Assembly (NCBI GenBank): GCA_963789135.1
Contig: CAWBJJ010000002.1
Coordinates: 355,701 to 419,700 of the forward strand
Origin: an uncultured Acidobacteriota bacterium
GTDB taxonomy: Bacteria > Actinomycetota > Acidimicrobiia > Spongiisociales > ZC4RG35
Reading direction: 5' to 3'
Length of the DNA: 64,000 nucleotides
Part shown: piece by piece, positions 42,679 through 52,631 of the stretch
Position numbering within the stretch: position 1 is the stretch's first letter
How the letters are laid out: each line of letters opens with the position of its first letter
Notes under the pieces: model-generated
What the model was told of the DNA's origin: nothing
The model's database searches: none
Seen by the model: only the letters and a program-made list of their open reading frames with translations
Made by a program: the position numbers and the translations under genes

Positions 42679-42719
42679 CTGCGCCGCAAATCGCAAATCG
42701 TTTTGCGTTTCGCGCCAGC
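42678..42719. repeat. Inverted heptamer arrays (CGCAAAT)x2 / (CGTTTYG)x2 forming a hairpin after nuoN (possible terminator)
   Basis: Read directly. Same heptamer family as 34945-34975 and 37075-37102, between convergent genes. Confidence 0.7.
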
Positions 42720-42728
42720 CGCGATGCC

Positions 42729-43794
42729 TCATTCTCTTGGATCGGTCAACCCCAGTTCGGCTTCGATCCTCTGCACGACCGCCCATGAGCCCCGGTCTTG
42801 ATTGCAAAGCACGGCAATGGTTATCCCCTCGTCGACGAACCGGGAAAGCATCGCGGAGACCCCTGGGTCGGCTCCGCCGTGCCCGATGATCGTCACGCTG
42901 TCGTCGACCACGACGAGCTCGATCCCGTACCCGTAACCCTCGGGGGAATCCGGCTCGAACCCATAGGGAGTGAGCATCTTCGCCACCGATTCCGGGCTCA
43001 GGATCTCCCCGCCGGTGAGGGCATCGAGGAATCGCACCAGATCACGGGTCGTGGTGATCATGCCGCCGTCGGACATCCCGCCGGCAGGCACGCTGTAGAT
43101 GTTGGAGCGCCATTCCTCGGGCTCGCTCTCTGTCACCAAGTAGGACGAGGCGAGCCCCTCTGGCTCCAGGTCGAGCTCGGAGATCGAGGTGTCGGCCATC
43201 GCCGCCGGGCGCAGCACCTCCTCGGTCGCCACCTCGTGGAAGGGTCGACTGCTCACCCATTCGATGAGTACGCCGATGAGGATGTAGTTCGCGTCGCAGT
43301 AGGAGAACTTGGCTCCGGGCTCGAACACGGCAGGAAGGTCGGCGAAGAGGGGGAGGAGGTCTTTCGGGCCCCGGGCCCGCGACACCGGGACCTGGTCCCA
43401 GGCCGCGGTGAACGATCCCCAGGTCTCATCGTCGTGGTCGTGGTACCCGGGAACCCCTGAGGTGTGCGAAAGCAGGTGGTGGAGGGTGTGCTGCTCGCCG
43501 ATCGACGCCGGCCGCAACTTGGGCGGGAGGAAGTCGGTCAAGGGCCGGTCCAGCTTCAGGGCTCCCCTCTCTACGAGCCTCATCGCGGTGGCCGCGGTCA
43601 CCATCTTCGTGATGGACGCAACCTGGAACCGGGTGCCTGTCGTTATCGGGACCCGATGCCCGCGATGGGCCAAGCCTGCAGCATGCTCGAAGAGCGTGGC
43701 GTCGCGGCCTGAGGTCACCAGCACCGCGCCTGAGAATTCGCTTCGTACGGCCGCGCTCATCCAGCCAGGAGTGGAGCTGCTCCAGGTCGGTCAT
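42729..43794 (-). CDS. Serine hydrolase (beta-lactamase/AmpC-like family; N-terminal frameshift)
   Basis: FQVASITK (SxxK), LLSHTSG, FSYCDANY, IGHGG. Start MTDLEQL overlaps the GNAT stop. Confidence 0.9.
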
Positions 43795-44375
43795 CGGCTG
43801 CCGCGCATCTCACCCCGGCGAATGGCTCTGAACTCCCGGTCCAGCAACGACCAGAGCGAGTGGTCGACCCAGTTGCCCCGGATCAGCAACTCCTCTCGGA
43901 GGACGCCCTCGCGGGTGAAGCCGAGTTTCTCCGCCACCCGGTCGGAGGCATCGTTGCCCACCGCTACCCGCAACGTGACCTTGTGATAGTCGAGCGCACC
44001 GAACGCCTCGACGAGAAGCCGGTCGACGGCTTCGGTGCAGAAGCCCTTCGAGTGCTCGTCGGTGCGCACCCAATACCCGAACTCGGCGATCTTGCCCAGC
44101 TTGGAGACAGTCCACATGGAAACGTTTCCCAGGTGTCGGTCGGGGTGGTCCTTGAGGCGCAACGAATAGTCCCAGGCCCGGTCCTCCTTCCAGGCCTGTA
44201 TCGACTCCCTGATGAACGCAGTGGTGTCGCCGTGCTCGTAGTCGAGCCTGGCCCAGGGGAGCCATTGGTTGAGCTCGGGAAGGGAGGAGCGGATGGCGTC
44301 GTCGAGGGTCGCCTGATCGCGGCGAGTGAAGCGCTGCAGGATCAAGCGCTCGGTTTCGAGGATTGGCCGTGGCAC
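43791..44375 (-). CDS. RimJ/RimL-type GNAT acetyltransferase
   Basis: LETERLIL, WLPWA, AEFGYWV, NDASDRVAEKLGFTREG. Confidence 0.92.
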   Translation of the reverse strand: MPRPILETERLILQRFTRRDQATLDDAIRSSLPELNQWLPWARLDYEHGDTTAFIRESIQAWKEDRAWDYSLRLKDHPDRHLGNVSMWTVSKLGKIAEFGYWVRTDEHSKGFCTEAVDRLLVEAFGALDYHKVTLRVAVGNDASDRVAEKLGFTREGVLREELLIRGNWVDHSLWSLLDREFRAIRRGEMRGSR

Positions 44376-44412
44376 CGGGTCAGGTTATCGGCGCCCTTAA
44401 CCTGACATCTGA

Positions 44413-44943
44413 ATGTGGGACCGACTGCAGATGAGTGGAGACCCGCCGGAGTTGGGCGGGGAGGCTCTGGCGGCTGTCCTGGCGGCCCTCTACGAGGACG
44501 AGGCGGGGGAAGTCCGCGTGGTGCTCACCAAACGGCCCGACACGATGCCTACGCATGCCGGGCACATCTCATTCCCGGGGGGCCGGACCCACCCCTCCGA
44601 TCGAGGGCCGGTCGACACCGCGCTGCGGGAAGCTCATGAGGAGGTGGGAATCGACCCCGGCTCGGTCGAAGTCCTCGGGTTCCTCCCGCCGATCGACACC
44701 GTCGAGTTCAGGCCGATGGTGGTGCCGGTGGTCGGCCGGCTCGCCCCGCCGGTGCTACTGGTGCCCAGCGAGCGCGAGGTGGCCAAGATCTACACCCCGC
44801 TCCTGTCCGAGCTCGCCGACGGGGACAGATGGTGGAGCATTCCGTGGGGACGATCAACGAGGTCTGGTATTACGACCTCGAATGGCGACACGCTCTGGGG
44901 GGCAACCGCACGAATGGTGCGGTCGCTCGTCGGCCTCCAGTAG
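44413..44943 (+). CDS. Nudix CoA pyrophosphatase (NudL-like)
   Basis: VLTKRP...HAGHISFPGG, TALREAHEEVG, LWGATA. Confidence 0.9.
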   Translation: MWDRLQMSGDPPELGGEALAAVLAALYEDEAGEVRVVLTKRPDTMPTHAGHISFPGGRTHPSDRGPVDTALREAHEEVGIDPGSVEVLGFLPPIDTVEFRPMVVPVVGRLAPPVLLVPSEREVAKIYTPLLSELADGDRWWSIPWGRSTRSGITTSNGDTLWGATARMVRSLVGLQ

Positions 44944-45011
44944 CCAGGCCTGGTTCAAGAATCCGCGCCGATTCTGCCGATCTTTACGAGGTGAGCTCGC
45001 GCGCTCCATCG

Positions 45012-46797
45012 ATGCGCAACAGCGCTTTCCACAGGTATGTGGCGGTGCTGTTCGCCGTGACTTTTCCGCGCAATGGCGGTCATCGAGATCGCCCGCATGG
45101 AGATGTCGTCGCCTATGGCTCCGATTCGCTGGGCCAGCTACACGGTGCTCGCGGTATGGGCGATCTGGCTGACGCAGCGCCGCGAGGCCAACGCCATGAT
45201 GCTGGTGCTCACCACCACCTGGTTCTTCGGGTCGTTGGCCGTGATCGAGGCGCGGTTCGGGGCGCAGATCTCTGCGTTCGATTTCACCACGACGTTCGGG
45301 TTGGTGATGATGCTCGGAGTCCTCGCCGGGACCCTCAGCGCGGGAAGCCGCCTGGTCTGGTCCGGGGCGGTGGGGCTGTCTCATCGCGGTGTGGAGCATC
45401 ACCATGGGGTTTCTCCTCGGCGACTCGCCGGAGACGGTCGCCGTTCGCTCTATCACAGCAGTCGCTGGAGTCATATTCACCACTGCCCTCGTCTCCAAGC
45501 TCTACGACCAGCTCTCGGAGTCGATCTCCCGATACGACCGGGCCGCCCGGCTTCAACATGCGATAGCCACTTGTTCCGAGGCACTCTTGGTGCAGACCGA
45601 CGTCTTCGCCATCTACGAGGCGGTCAAGGCGCTCATGGAAGCCACCGACGCCGACTACTCGTACGTGGCGAGGACGTTGGACGTCGATGGCGTGCCGAGC
45701 TGGGAGATCATCGCCGACGCTCGTCGCAGCTCGAGCATCCACATGGGTGGCTGGAAGAGCGGGGCTTACGCGCCGGAGTCGCTCGACCTATCGGGCCTTG
45801 TCAGAAGGGACGATCGATCGCGGTGCACACCGCTCGCCTCAAGGGGGAGGAGAGGACAGCGTACGAGAAGGATGGGATCGCCTCCGAGGTGATGGTCCCG
45901 ATCTTCGTAGGCGGGCACCTTTCGTGGCTCGATCGGCTTCGTGGCCTGCCTCGAGGACCGCTGCCTGGACCGAGGCCGAGGTCGAGACTCTGTGGCGGGC
46001 CTCACACATGATCGGGGCCTATTGGCGACGTCAGGACGATCAAGAGCAGCTGAAGGCATCGAACGAGTTCAAAGACCGGCTGCTGGCGTCGGTGAGCCAC
46101 GAGATCAGGACGCCGCTCACGGCAATCGTCGGCCTTGCAGAGGAGATCGCGAGCAGCCAGGCCGGGCTGGGCGCGGACGAGCTGGTCGAGCTGAACGGGA
46201 TCATCGCGGTGCAGAGCCGGGAGTTGGCCGAGCTGGTCGAAGATTTGCTCGTCGGCCTCCCGGGCCGAGGCCGGCAACCTGTCCATCAAGCCCGACCGCA
46301 TCGACCTCAGGGAAGAGGTGGAGAGCGTGGTCCGAGGGGTAAGGGAGTCGCACCCGAGCAACAAGACCCTGGTCGTGGAAGGCGACCGGATCGTGGCCTG
46401 GGCCGACGCCCTCAGATGCCGTCAGATCATCCGCAACCTCCTGACAAACGCGGTCAAGTACGGGGGAGACCGAATCGCGGTGATGGTGAGGACCCTGGGG
46501 GACCGGGCCCAGATCCTGGTGGCGGACGACGGCAGCGGTGTCCCACCGGAAGAACAGGAGCTCATCTTCGAGAGGTACTACCGGGGCCGCCAGTCCCCGA
46601 CTCAACCCGGCTCTGTCGGCATCGGTCTCGCGGTGTCCCGGCAGCTCGCCGAGCTGATGGGAGGAACCCTGAGGTACGTGGACGCGTACGGGGAATCCCG
46701 CTTCGAACTGACCCTTCCCACGCAGCCGATCGAGACCTCCCGATCGGCCCCGATGTCCGCCGAGCCCATCGCCAGGATCGTCGCCGGAGTCGTCTGA
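45012..46797 (+). CDS. Multi-TM GAF-domain sensor histidine kinase (frameshifted)
   Basis: About 5 TMs, GAF (SEVMVPIFVGG), H-box SVSHEIRTPL, N-box NLLTNAVKYG, DDGSGV, GIGLAVSR. Confidence 0.85.
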
Positions 46798-46907
46798 ACA
46801 AATAAGGCCCGGATGTCCCCAGGTCCCGATTCGACCATTCAGTTTGGGGAATACAATGGCGAACTCACCGGGGCCTCGAGTAAGGGTGGACCGTCCTGAA
46901 GAAGCGA

Positions 46908-47951
46908 TTGTTGATAGGTGGCGCGTTACTCGCCGTCGCACTCCTCGCCGGAGCTGCCTATCTCACCGCGTCCACTTGGGGTGAGGTGAACCGGGTCACC
47001 ATCGACCGGCCCGACACCTCGGGGAGCGAACAGCCCACCGACAACGAGCCAGTGGTGGAGCAGGCGGAAGGTGCCGAGATCTCGGTTCCCCCCAGCGGCG
47101 ACGGCCTCGACGTCTTCCTCCTTGTCGGTTCCGACTCGCGGGACGACCTCGACGACACCGACGGCTTCGGGAGCTTCGAAGGGCATCGCGCCGATGTCGT
47201 GATGGTCCTACTCCGTCAGCGCGACGGCGAGGACGCCGCAGTGCTCTCTCTGCCCCGTGACCTCTTGGTGGAAGACTTGTGCACGGGAACACAACACAAA
47301 TTGAACGACGCATTGGAAGGCTGTGGGCTTCTCATGAACGGCGCCACCTCGCTGACCATGACAGTCGAGGACTTGATCGGGGTGCCGGTCGACCATTTCG
47401 CCCTGGTCGACCTCGCAGGATTCCAGGAGGCGGTGGACGCGGTGGGCGGTTATGAGATCTGCCTAACCAATGCGGTGCGCGATTCGAAGTCTCATCTCCA
47501 GCTTCCGGCCGGCTGCACGCTGGCCTCGGGCGCCCAGACTCTGGCCTGGCTTCGGTCCCGCAACACCGAGGAGTTGACCGCTGATGGTTGGCGCATCGTC
47601 CCTGGCGTCAACGATCTCACCCGCAACGAGCGCCAGCGCGAGTTCCTTTTGTCCATGATGGGCAGCCTCGGTGACTTCAGCAGCCCTCAGGACATCACTT
47701 CTGTCGCGCAGGTTGTCGCTCCCTACGTCACGGTCGACTCGAACCTGAGCCTTCTCGACGCGGTGGGCCTCGCCTGGACGATGCGCGATCTGGGGTCGGG
47801 CTCAGTCGATGAGCTCGACATCCCGGTTAGCGACGTCACGACAGACTCCGGGGCGGCGGTTCTTGTCCCGTCGGTGGACATCGCCGGTGTGGTGGCTTCT
47901 TACCTGTCGCCCGAGTTCGCCGAAGAGCCCGGCTCTGCCATCGCCGGTTGA
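46908..47951 (+). CDS. LytR-CpsA-Psr (LCP) family protein
   Basis: N-terminal TM, LLVGSDSR, RADVVMV, LSLPRDL, RNERQREFL. True start is probably the leaderless ATG ~46856 after TACAAT. Confidence 0.92.
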   Translation: MLIGGALLAVALLAGAAYLTASTWGEVNRVTIDRPDTSGSEQPTDNEPVVEQAEGAEISVPPSGDGLDVFLLVGSDSRDDLDDTDGFGSFEGHRADVVMVLLRQRDGEDAAVLSLPRDLLVEDLCTGTQHKLNDALEGCGLLMNGATSLTMTVEDLIGVPVDHFALVDLAGFQEAVDAVGGYEICLTNAVRDSKSHLQLPAGCTLASGAQTLAWLRSRNTEELTADGWRIVPGVNDLTRNERQREFLLSMMGSLGDFSSPQDITSVAQVVAPYVTVDSNLSLLDAVGLAWTMRDLGSGSVDELDIPVSDVTTDSGAAVLVPSVDIAGVVASYLSPEFAEEPGSAIAG

Positions 47952-47970
47952 TCGTGCACAGGGGCCGCTG

Positions 47971-48954
47971 ATGTCAGGCCGGAAGAGGGTGTTCTCCGGG
48001 ATGCAGCCCACCGGTGAGCCCCACCTCGGCAATCTGGTCGGCGCCCTCCGGAACTGGGTCAAGATGCAAGACGACTACGACACGATCTATTGCGTGGTCG
48101 ATCTCCACGCCATGACGGTCCCCTACGACCCGGCCGACCTGGCGCGGGATCGGCACGAGCTGGCACGCATGATCCTGGCATCGGGAGTCGATCCTGCACG
48201 GTCCCTGCTCTATTACCAGTCCGAGGTGCCTCAGCACGTCGAGCTGTCGTGGATCCTGGGGACGATCACCGGGCTCGGCCAGTTGGAGCGGATGACGCAG
48301 TTCAAGGAGAAGGCTGATCGCTCCGGGCAGAACCTGGGGATCCTTGCCTACCCGGTGCTCCAGGCCGCCGACATACTGATCCACAAGGTCCATGCCGTTC
48401 CCGTTGGTGACGACCAGGCACAGCACCTAGAACTGACCAGGGATATCGCGGAGCGGTTCAACACACGATTTGGCGACGAGTTCCCCATTCCGGAGCGGAT
48501 CACCCCCGAGATCGGGGCCCGCGTCATGTCACTCACCGAGCCCACCGCCAAGATGTCGAAGTCGGATCCATCGCCCCGATCACGGATCCTGCTCAATGAT
48601 CGACCCGATGAAATCATGAAGAAGGTCAAAGCGGCGGTGACCGACGCGGGGAGCGAGGTCAGCTACGACTGGGAGCAGAAACCGGGGATATCCAACCTCC
48701 TGGAGCTGTTCAGCTTCTTCAGCGAACGATCCATCTCCGAGTTGGTCGACGAATACCGAACCTCGGGCTACGGCGGTTTCAAAGAGGCGGTCGGTGAGGC
48801 CATCGTTACCGGACTGGCACCGATCCAGGAGGCGTACGCCGCGCTCTCCGACTCGGAGGTGCGAGCTGTGATGGAGAACAGCGCATCGGTCGCCCGGGAC
48901 AAGGCCGAGGAATCGATGAAGACGATTCGGGAAAAGGTCGGCCTCTCGACTTAG
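47971..48954 (+). CDS. trpS: Tryptophanyl-tRNA synthetase
   Basis: FSGMQPTGEPHLGN, YPVLQAADIL, VPVGDDQAQHLE, KMSKS. Confidence 0.97.
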   Translation: MSGRKRVFSGMQPTGEPHLGNLVGALRNWVKMQDDYDTIYCVVDLHAMTVPYDPADLARDRHELARMILASGVDPARSLLYYQSEVPQHVELSWILGTITGLGQLERMTQFKEKADRSGQNLGILAYPVLQAADILIHKVHAVPVGDDQAQHLELTRDIAERFNTRFGDEFPIPERITPEIGARVMSLTEPTAKMSKSDPSPRSRILLNDRPDEIMKKVKAAVTDAGSEVSYDWEQKPGISNLLELFSFFSERSISELVDEYRTSGYGGFKEAVGEAIVTGLAPIQEAYAALSDSEVRAVMENSASVARDKAEESMKTIREKVGLST

Positions 48955-49694
48955 GGGATCGTCTCCAGCATCTCGGGTGGCAGGAGCAGGACCAGAGCCG
49001 CGAGGAGATTGAATCCGGAGTGGATGAAGATCGCCGGTCCGAGGCGTCCGCTGCGCAGTGTCACCCAGGCGAGCACACAGCCGACCACGAACAACTGGGG
49101 AAGCACAAGGACGCTGGCCTCCAGCATCCGGCTCGGGTCGAGCCCCAGGACGTGAAACGAGGCAAACACCAGTGCGGTGACGACGATGATCACTCGCCGA
49201 CTCCGGCTCTGCATCGCCTTGAGCAATACCCCTCGGAAGATGAGCTCCTCTGTGACCGGGGCCAGCACCACCGCCACTGCCACCGCAGCCATTCGGGCGC
49301 CTGATGACTGGAGCTCGGCGAGCGCATTGCCAACCTGCTGTGCCGAGTCGCCGTCGGGAAAGAGATAGCGGGAGAGCGGCAGGAAGAGGATTGCCAACAC
49401 CAACTGCAACAGAAGCCCGATGCCGAGGTACAGGGCGTCGCTCCCCTGGACGCTGAAGCCGAGATCGGGATAGCCCTTGCGACGAGCGATCCACCACAGG
49501 ACCCCCAGGTGCCCGATGTACTGGCCTCCCAGGCCCAGCACCAGAAGCAGCTCGTCCTCGCCTCCCGTGGCCATCGTCAGCCAGAAGAAGACCGCCGCTC
49601 CGAGGAACCCGCCCAGGACCACCAGGATGAAGTCGACAATGGACCAGGCCTTGGGCACGGGCGCGCAGCCTACTGACTGGGTGTCGGCTGCCAC
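48951..49694 (-). CDS. CPBP (Abi/CAAX) intramembrane glutamic protease
   Basis: APVTEELIFRG, FASFH, AIFIHSGFN. Confidence 0.92.
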   Translation of the reverse strand: MAADTQSVGCAPVPKAWSIVDFILVVLGGFLGAAVFFWLTMATGGEDELLLVLGLGGQYIGHLGVLWWIARRKGYPDLGFSVQGSDALYLGIGLLLQLVLAILFLPLSRYLFPDGDSAQQVGNALAELQSSGARMAAVAVAVVLAPVTEELIFRGVLLKAMQSRSRRVIIVVTALVFASFHVLGLDPSRMLEASVLVLPQLFVVGCVLAWVTLRSGRLGPAIFIHSGFNLLAALVLLLPPEMLETIP

Positions 49695-49733
49695 TGTTAC
49701 CCTGGCTGAGGAGCGTCGTCGGAGGTTGACACA

Positions 49734-50892
49734 TTGGAAATCGACATCGGGATCGGCAAGTCAGGGCGACAGGCTTTCGGCTTTGACGACATAGCGATCG
49801 TCCCTTCCCGGAGGACCCGGGATCCCGATGATGTCGACATCTCGTGGCAACTCGATGCGTTCAAGTTCCCACTGCCGATGATGGGATCCGCAATGGACAG
49901 CGCGATCAGCCCGGCGACCGCCGTGGAGATCGGCAAGCTGGGCGGTCTAGCGGTTCTCAACCTCGAGGGTCTGTGGACCCGGTACTCCGACCCCCAGCCC
50001 TACTTCGACGAGATTGCCGAGCTCAGCAAAGAGAAGGCGACGCTGCGAATGCAGGAGATCTACCTCGAACCGGTCAATCCGGATCTGATCGGGCAGAGGA
50101 TCTCCGAAATCAAGGCGGCAGGCGTCGTCACCGCAGGGAGCCTGACACCGCAACGGGTTCGCGGCGTGGGCCCCTCATGCCATATCGGCAGGCCTCGATG
50201 TTCTCGTGATTCAGGGGACTGTTGTCTCCGCAGAGCACGTGTCCAGTCGGGAGGAGCCGCTCAACCTCAAGGAGTACATCGCCAAATGCGAGGTGCCGGT
50301 GATCGTCGGTGGTTGCGCCAGCTACTCGACTGCACTGCACCTGATGCGGACCGGAGCCATCGGGGTCCTGGTCGGCGTTGGGCCCGGAGCCGCGTGCACC
50401 ACGAGAGCTGTGCTCGGCGTCGGCGTGCCCCAGGCGACGGCGATCGCCGACGCCGCGGGCGCGCGGATCAGATACCTCGATGAGACAGGGCGCTACGTCC
50501 ATGTGATCGCCGACGGCGGGATGCGCACCGGTGGAGACGTCGCAAAGGCCATCGCTTGTGGCGCCGATGCCGTGATGATCGGCTCACCTCTGGCGTCCGC
50601 GAGCGAAGCGCCGGGGCGGGGATATCACTGGGGCATGGCGACCTTCCATCCCACGCTTCCCCGTGGGGCCCGGGTCGAGGTCGGCGACAGGGGGACTCTC
50701 GCCGAGATCCTCGTTGGCCCGGCCCATGAGAACGACGGAAAGCTCAATCTCTTCGGGGCACTGACCATGTCGATGGCCACGACCGGCTACTCGGATGTGA
50801 AGGAATTCCAGAAGGCCGAGGTGATGATCGCCCCTTCGCTCCAGACCGAGGGCAAGTCGTTGCAACGCAACCAGCGGGTCGGGATGGGATGA
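49734..50892 (+). CDS. guaB3: GuaB3-family IMP dehydrogenase (frameshift ~50160-50190)
   Basis: [52 protein letters not shown]. Confidence 0.92.
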
Positions 50893-50996
50893 CCCCTCGC
50901 GTGAGATCGGGGGCACGGCTCCGCAGAGCGGCAGCCCCGGCCGACCGGCGTCTGTTTGCCCGAGGCGGTTGGAGAAGGATTGCGGCGCCCAGATGA
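50889..50996 (+). other. Connector mini-ORF (35 aa, [35 protein letters not shown]) over an inverted copy of the 1585-1640 element
   Basis: ATGA overlap with the guaB3 stop (50890-50892) and ATGA overlap with the guaA start (50993). Confidence 0.55.
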
Positions 50997-52558
50997 CTGC
51001 TGAGGGTGAGCCGAGGGCAAAGTCGGCCGGCATCGAATCGGTGTTGGTGCTCGACTTCGGAGCCCAATACGCCCAACTGATTGCACGCCGTGTCAGAGAG
51101 GCGCACGTCCATTCCGAGATCGTCCCCCGCGACATCACCGCCGAAGAGATCAAGCGACGCCGTCCCACCGGTCTGATCTTCTCTGGTGGCCCGGCATCGG
51201 TATACGCCAAGGACGCCTATCGCATCGACCCCGAGATCCTGAGCCTGGGCATCCCTGTGCTTGGGTTGTGTTACGGCCATCAACTCCTCGCAGATCTCGC
51301 CGGCGGAGAGGTGGTCAACACGGGGAGCGGCGAGTACGGGAGCACTCAACTCGAAGTGACCGCGAGCTCGGTCCTATTCAATGGGCTCCCTCCTGAGCAG
51401 ACCGTGTGGATGTCCCACCAGGACCAGGTGGTCACCGCACCGGACGGGTTTCGGGTCGTCGCCACCACTCCGGGCTCGGCGGTCGCTGCCATGGAGGACC
51501 GGGAGAATCGCCTCTACGGGGTTCAGTTCCATCCCGAGGTGGCCCACACCCATCGGGGCGAGGAGATCCTCAAGGCCTTCCTCTATGAGGTGTGTGAGGC
51601 CTCACCGACCTGGACCTCGCATTCCATCATCGAGTCCCAGATTGCGGCGATCCGTCAACAGGTCGGGACCGAGAAGGTGGTGTGCGGGCTCTCCGGTGGG
51701 GTCGACTCGGCGGTTGCCGCTGCGCTGGTGCACGCTGCGGTCGGCGATCAACTCACCTGCATCTTCGTAGACCATGGCCTGCTCCGTTCCGGCGAGGCGG
51801 AGCAGGTCGAGGCGACGTTCCGCTCTCATTTCGAGGTCGACTTGATCCACGTCAAGGCGGAGGACCGATTCCTCGAGGCCTTGGCCGGTGTGACCGAGCC
51901 CGAGGAGAAGCGGAAGATCATCGGGGAGACGTTCATCCGCGTCTTCGAGGAAGCGGCCGCCGGCGTCGGCGACGCCGGCTTCCTTGTCCAGGGAACCCTG
52001 TACCCCGATGTCGTGGAATCGGGGTCGGCAACGGCGGCGACCATCAAGACCCATCACAACGTCGGTGGACTGCCCGAAGACATGCGCTTCGAGCTGGTCG
52101 AGCCTTTGCGAGACCTCTTCAAAGACGAGGTGCGGGCAGTCGGCGAGGAGCTCGGCCTGCCCGAGGAGATCGTGTGGCGGCAGCCATTCCCCGGCCCCGG
52201 CCTCGCAGTGCGAGTCATTGGTGAGGTGACCCTGGAGCGGCTAGAGCTGCTCAGGGCCGCCGACCACATCGTCCTGGAGGAGATACGGCGCGCCGGTCTC
52301 TACCGCGAGATCTGGCAGGCGTTCGCGGTACTTCCCGCGATCAAGACGGTAGGAGTTCAGGGAGACGCCCGGACCTATGCGTATCCCCTGATCGTGCGGG
52401 CTGTGACCTCCGACGACGCCATGACCGCAGACTGGGCCCGACTCCCCTACGAGTTGCTGGAGCGCATCTCGAATCGGGTCATCAACGAAGTTCCCGGCAT
52501 CAATCGGGTCGCCTATGACATCTCCTCGAAGCCGCCGGCAACCATCGAGTGGGAGTGA
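50993..52558 (+). CDS. guaA: GMP synthase (glutamine-hydrolyzing)
   Basis: [60 protein letters not shown]. Confidence 0.98.
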   Translation: MTAEGEPRAKSAGIESVLVLDFGAQYAQLIARRVREAHVHSEIVPRDITAEEIKRRRPTGLIFSGGPASVYAKDAYRIDPEILSLGIPVLGLCYGHQLLADLAGGEVVNTGSGEYGSTQLEVTASSVLFNGLPPEQTVWMSHQDQVVTAPDGFRVVATTPGSAVAAMEDRENRLYGVQFHPEVAHTHRGEEILKAFLYEVCEASPTWTSHSIIESQIAAIRQQVGTEKVVCGLSGGVDSAVAAALVHAAVGDQLTCIFVDHGLLRSGEAEQVEATFRSHFEVDLIHVKAEDRFLEALAGVTEPEEKRKIIGETFIRVFEEAAAGVGDAGFLVQGTLYPDVVESGSATAATIKTHHNVGGLPEDMRFELVEPLRDLFKDEVRAVGEELGLPEEIVWRQPFPGPGLAVRVIGEVTLERLELLRAADHIVLEEIRRAGLYREIWQAFAVLPAIKTVGVQGDARTYAYPLIVRAVTSDDAMTADWARLPYELLERISNRVINEVPGINRVAYDISSKPPATIEWE

Positions 52559-52577
52559 AATCGGGCCGGACGGTCCA

Positions 52578-52605
52578 TTCAGGGGCCCAGTCGGCCTGCC
52601 GATAA
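52578..52605 (+). promoter_or_regulatory. Sigma-28 (FliA/WhiG)-like promoter before the CheA-like gene
   Basis: TTCA-N16-GCCGATAA. Confidence 0.6.
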
Positions 52606-52631
52606 GTCTTAATCGGCAAGAAGACGTGTAG

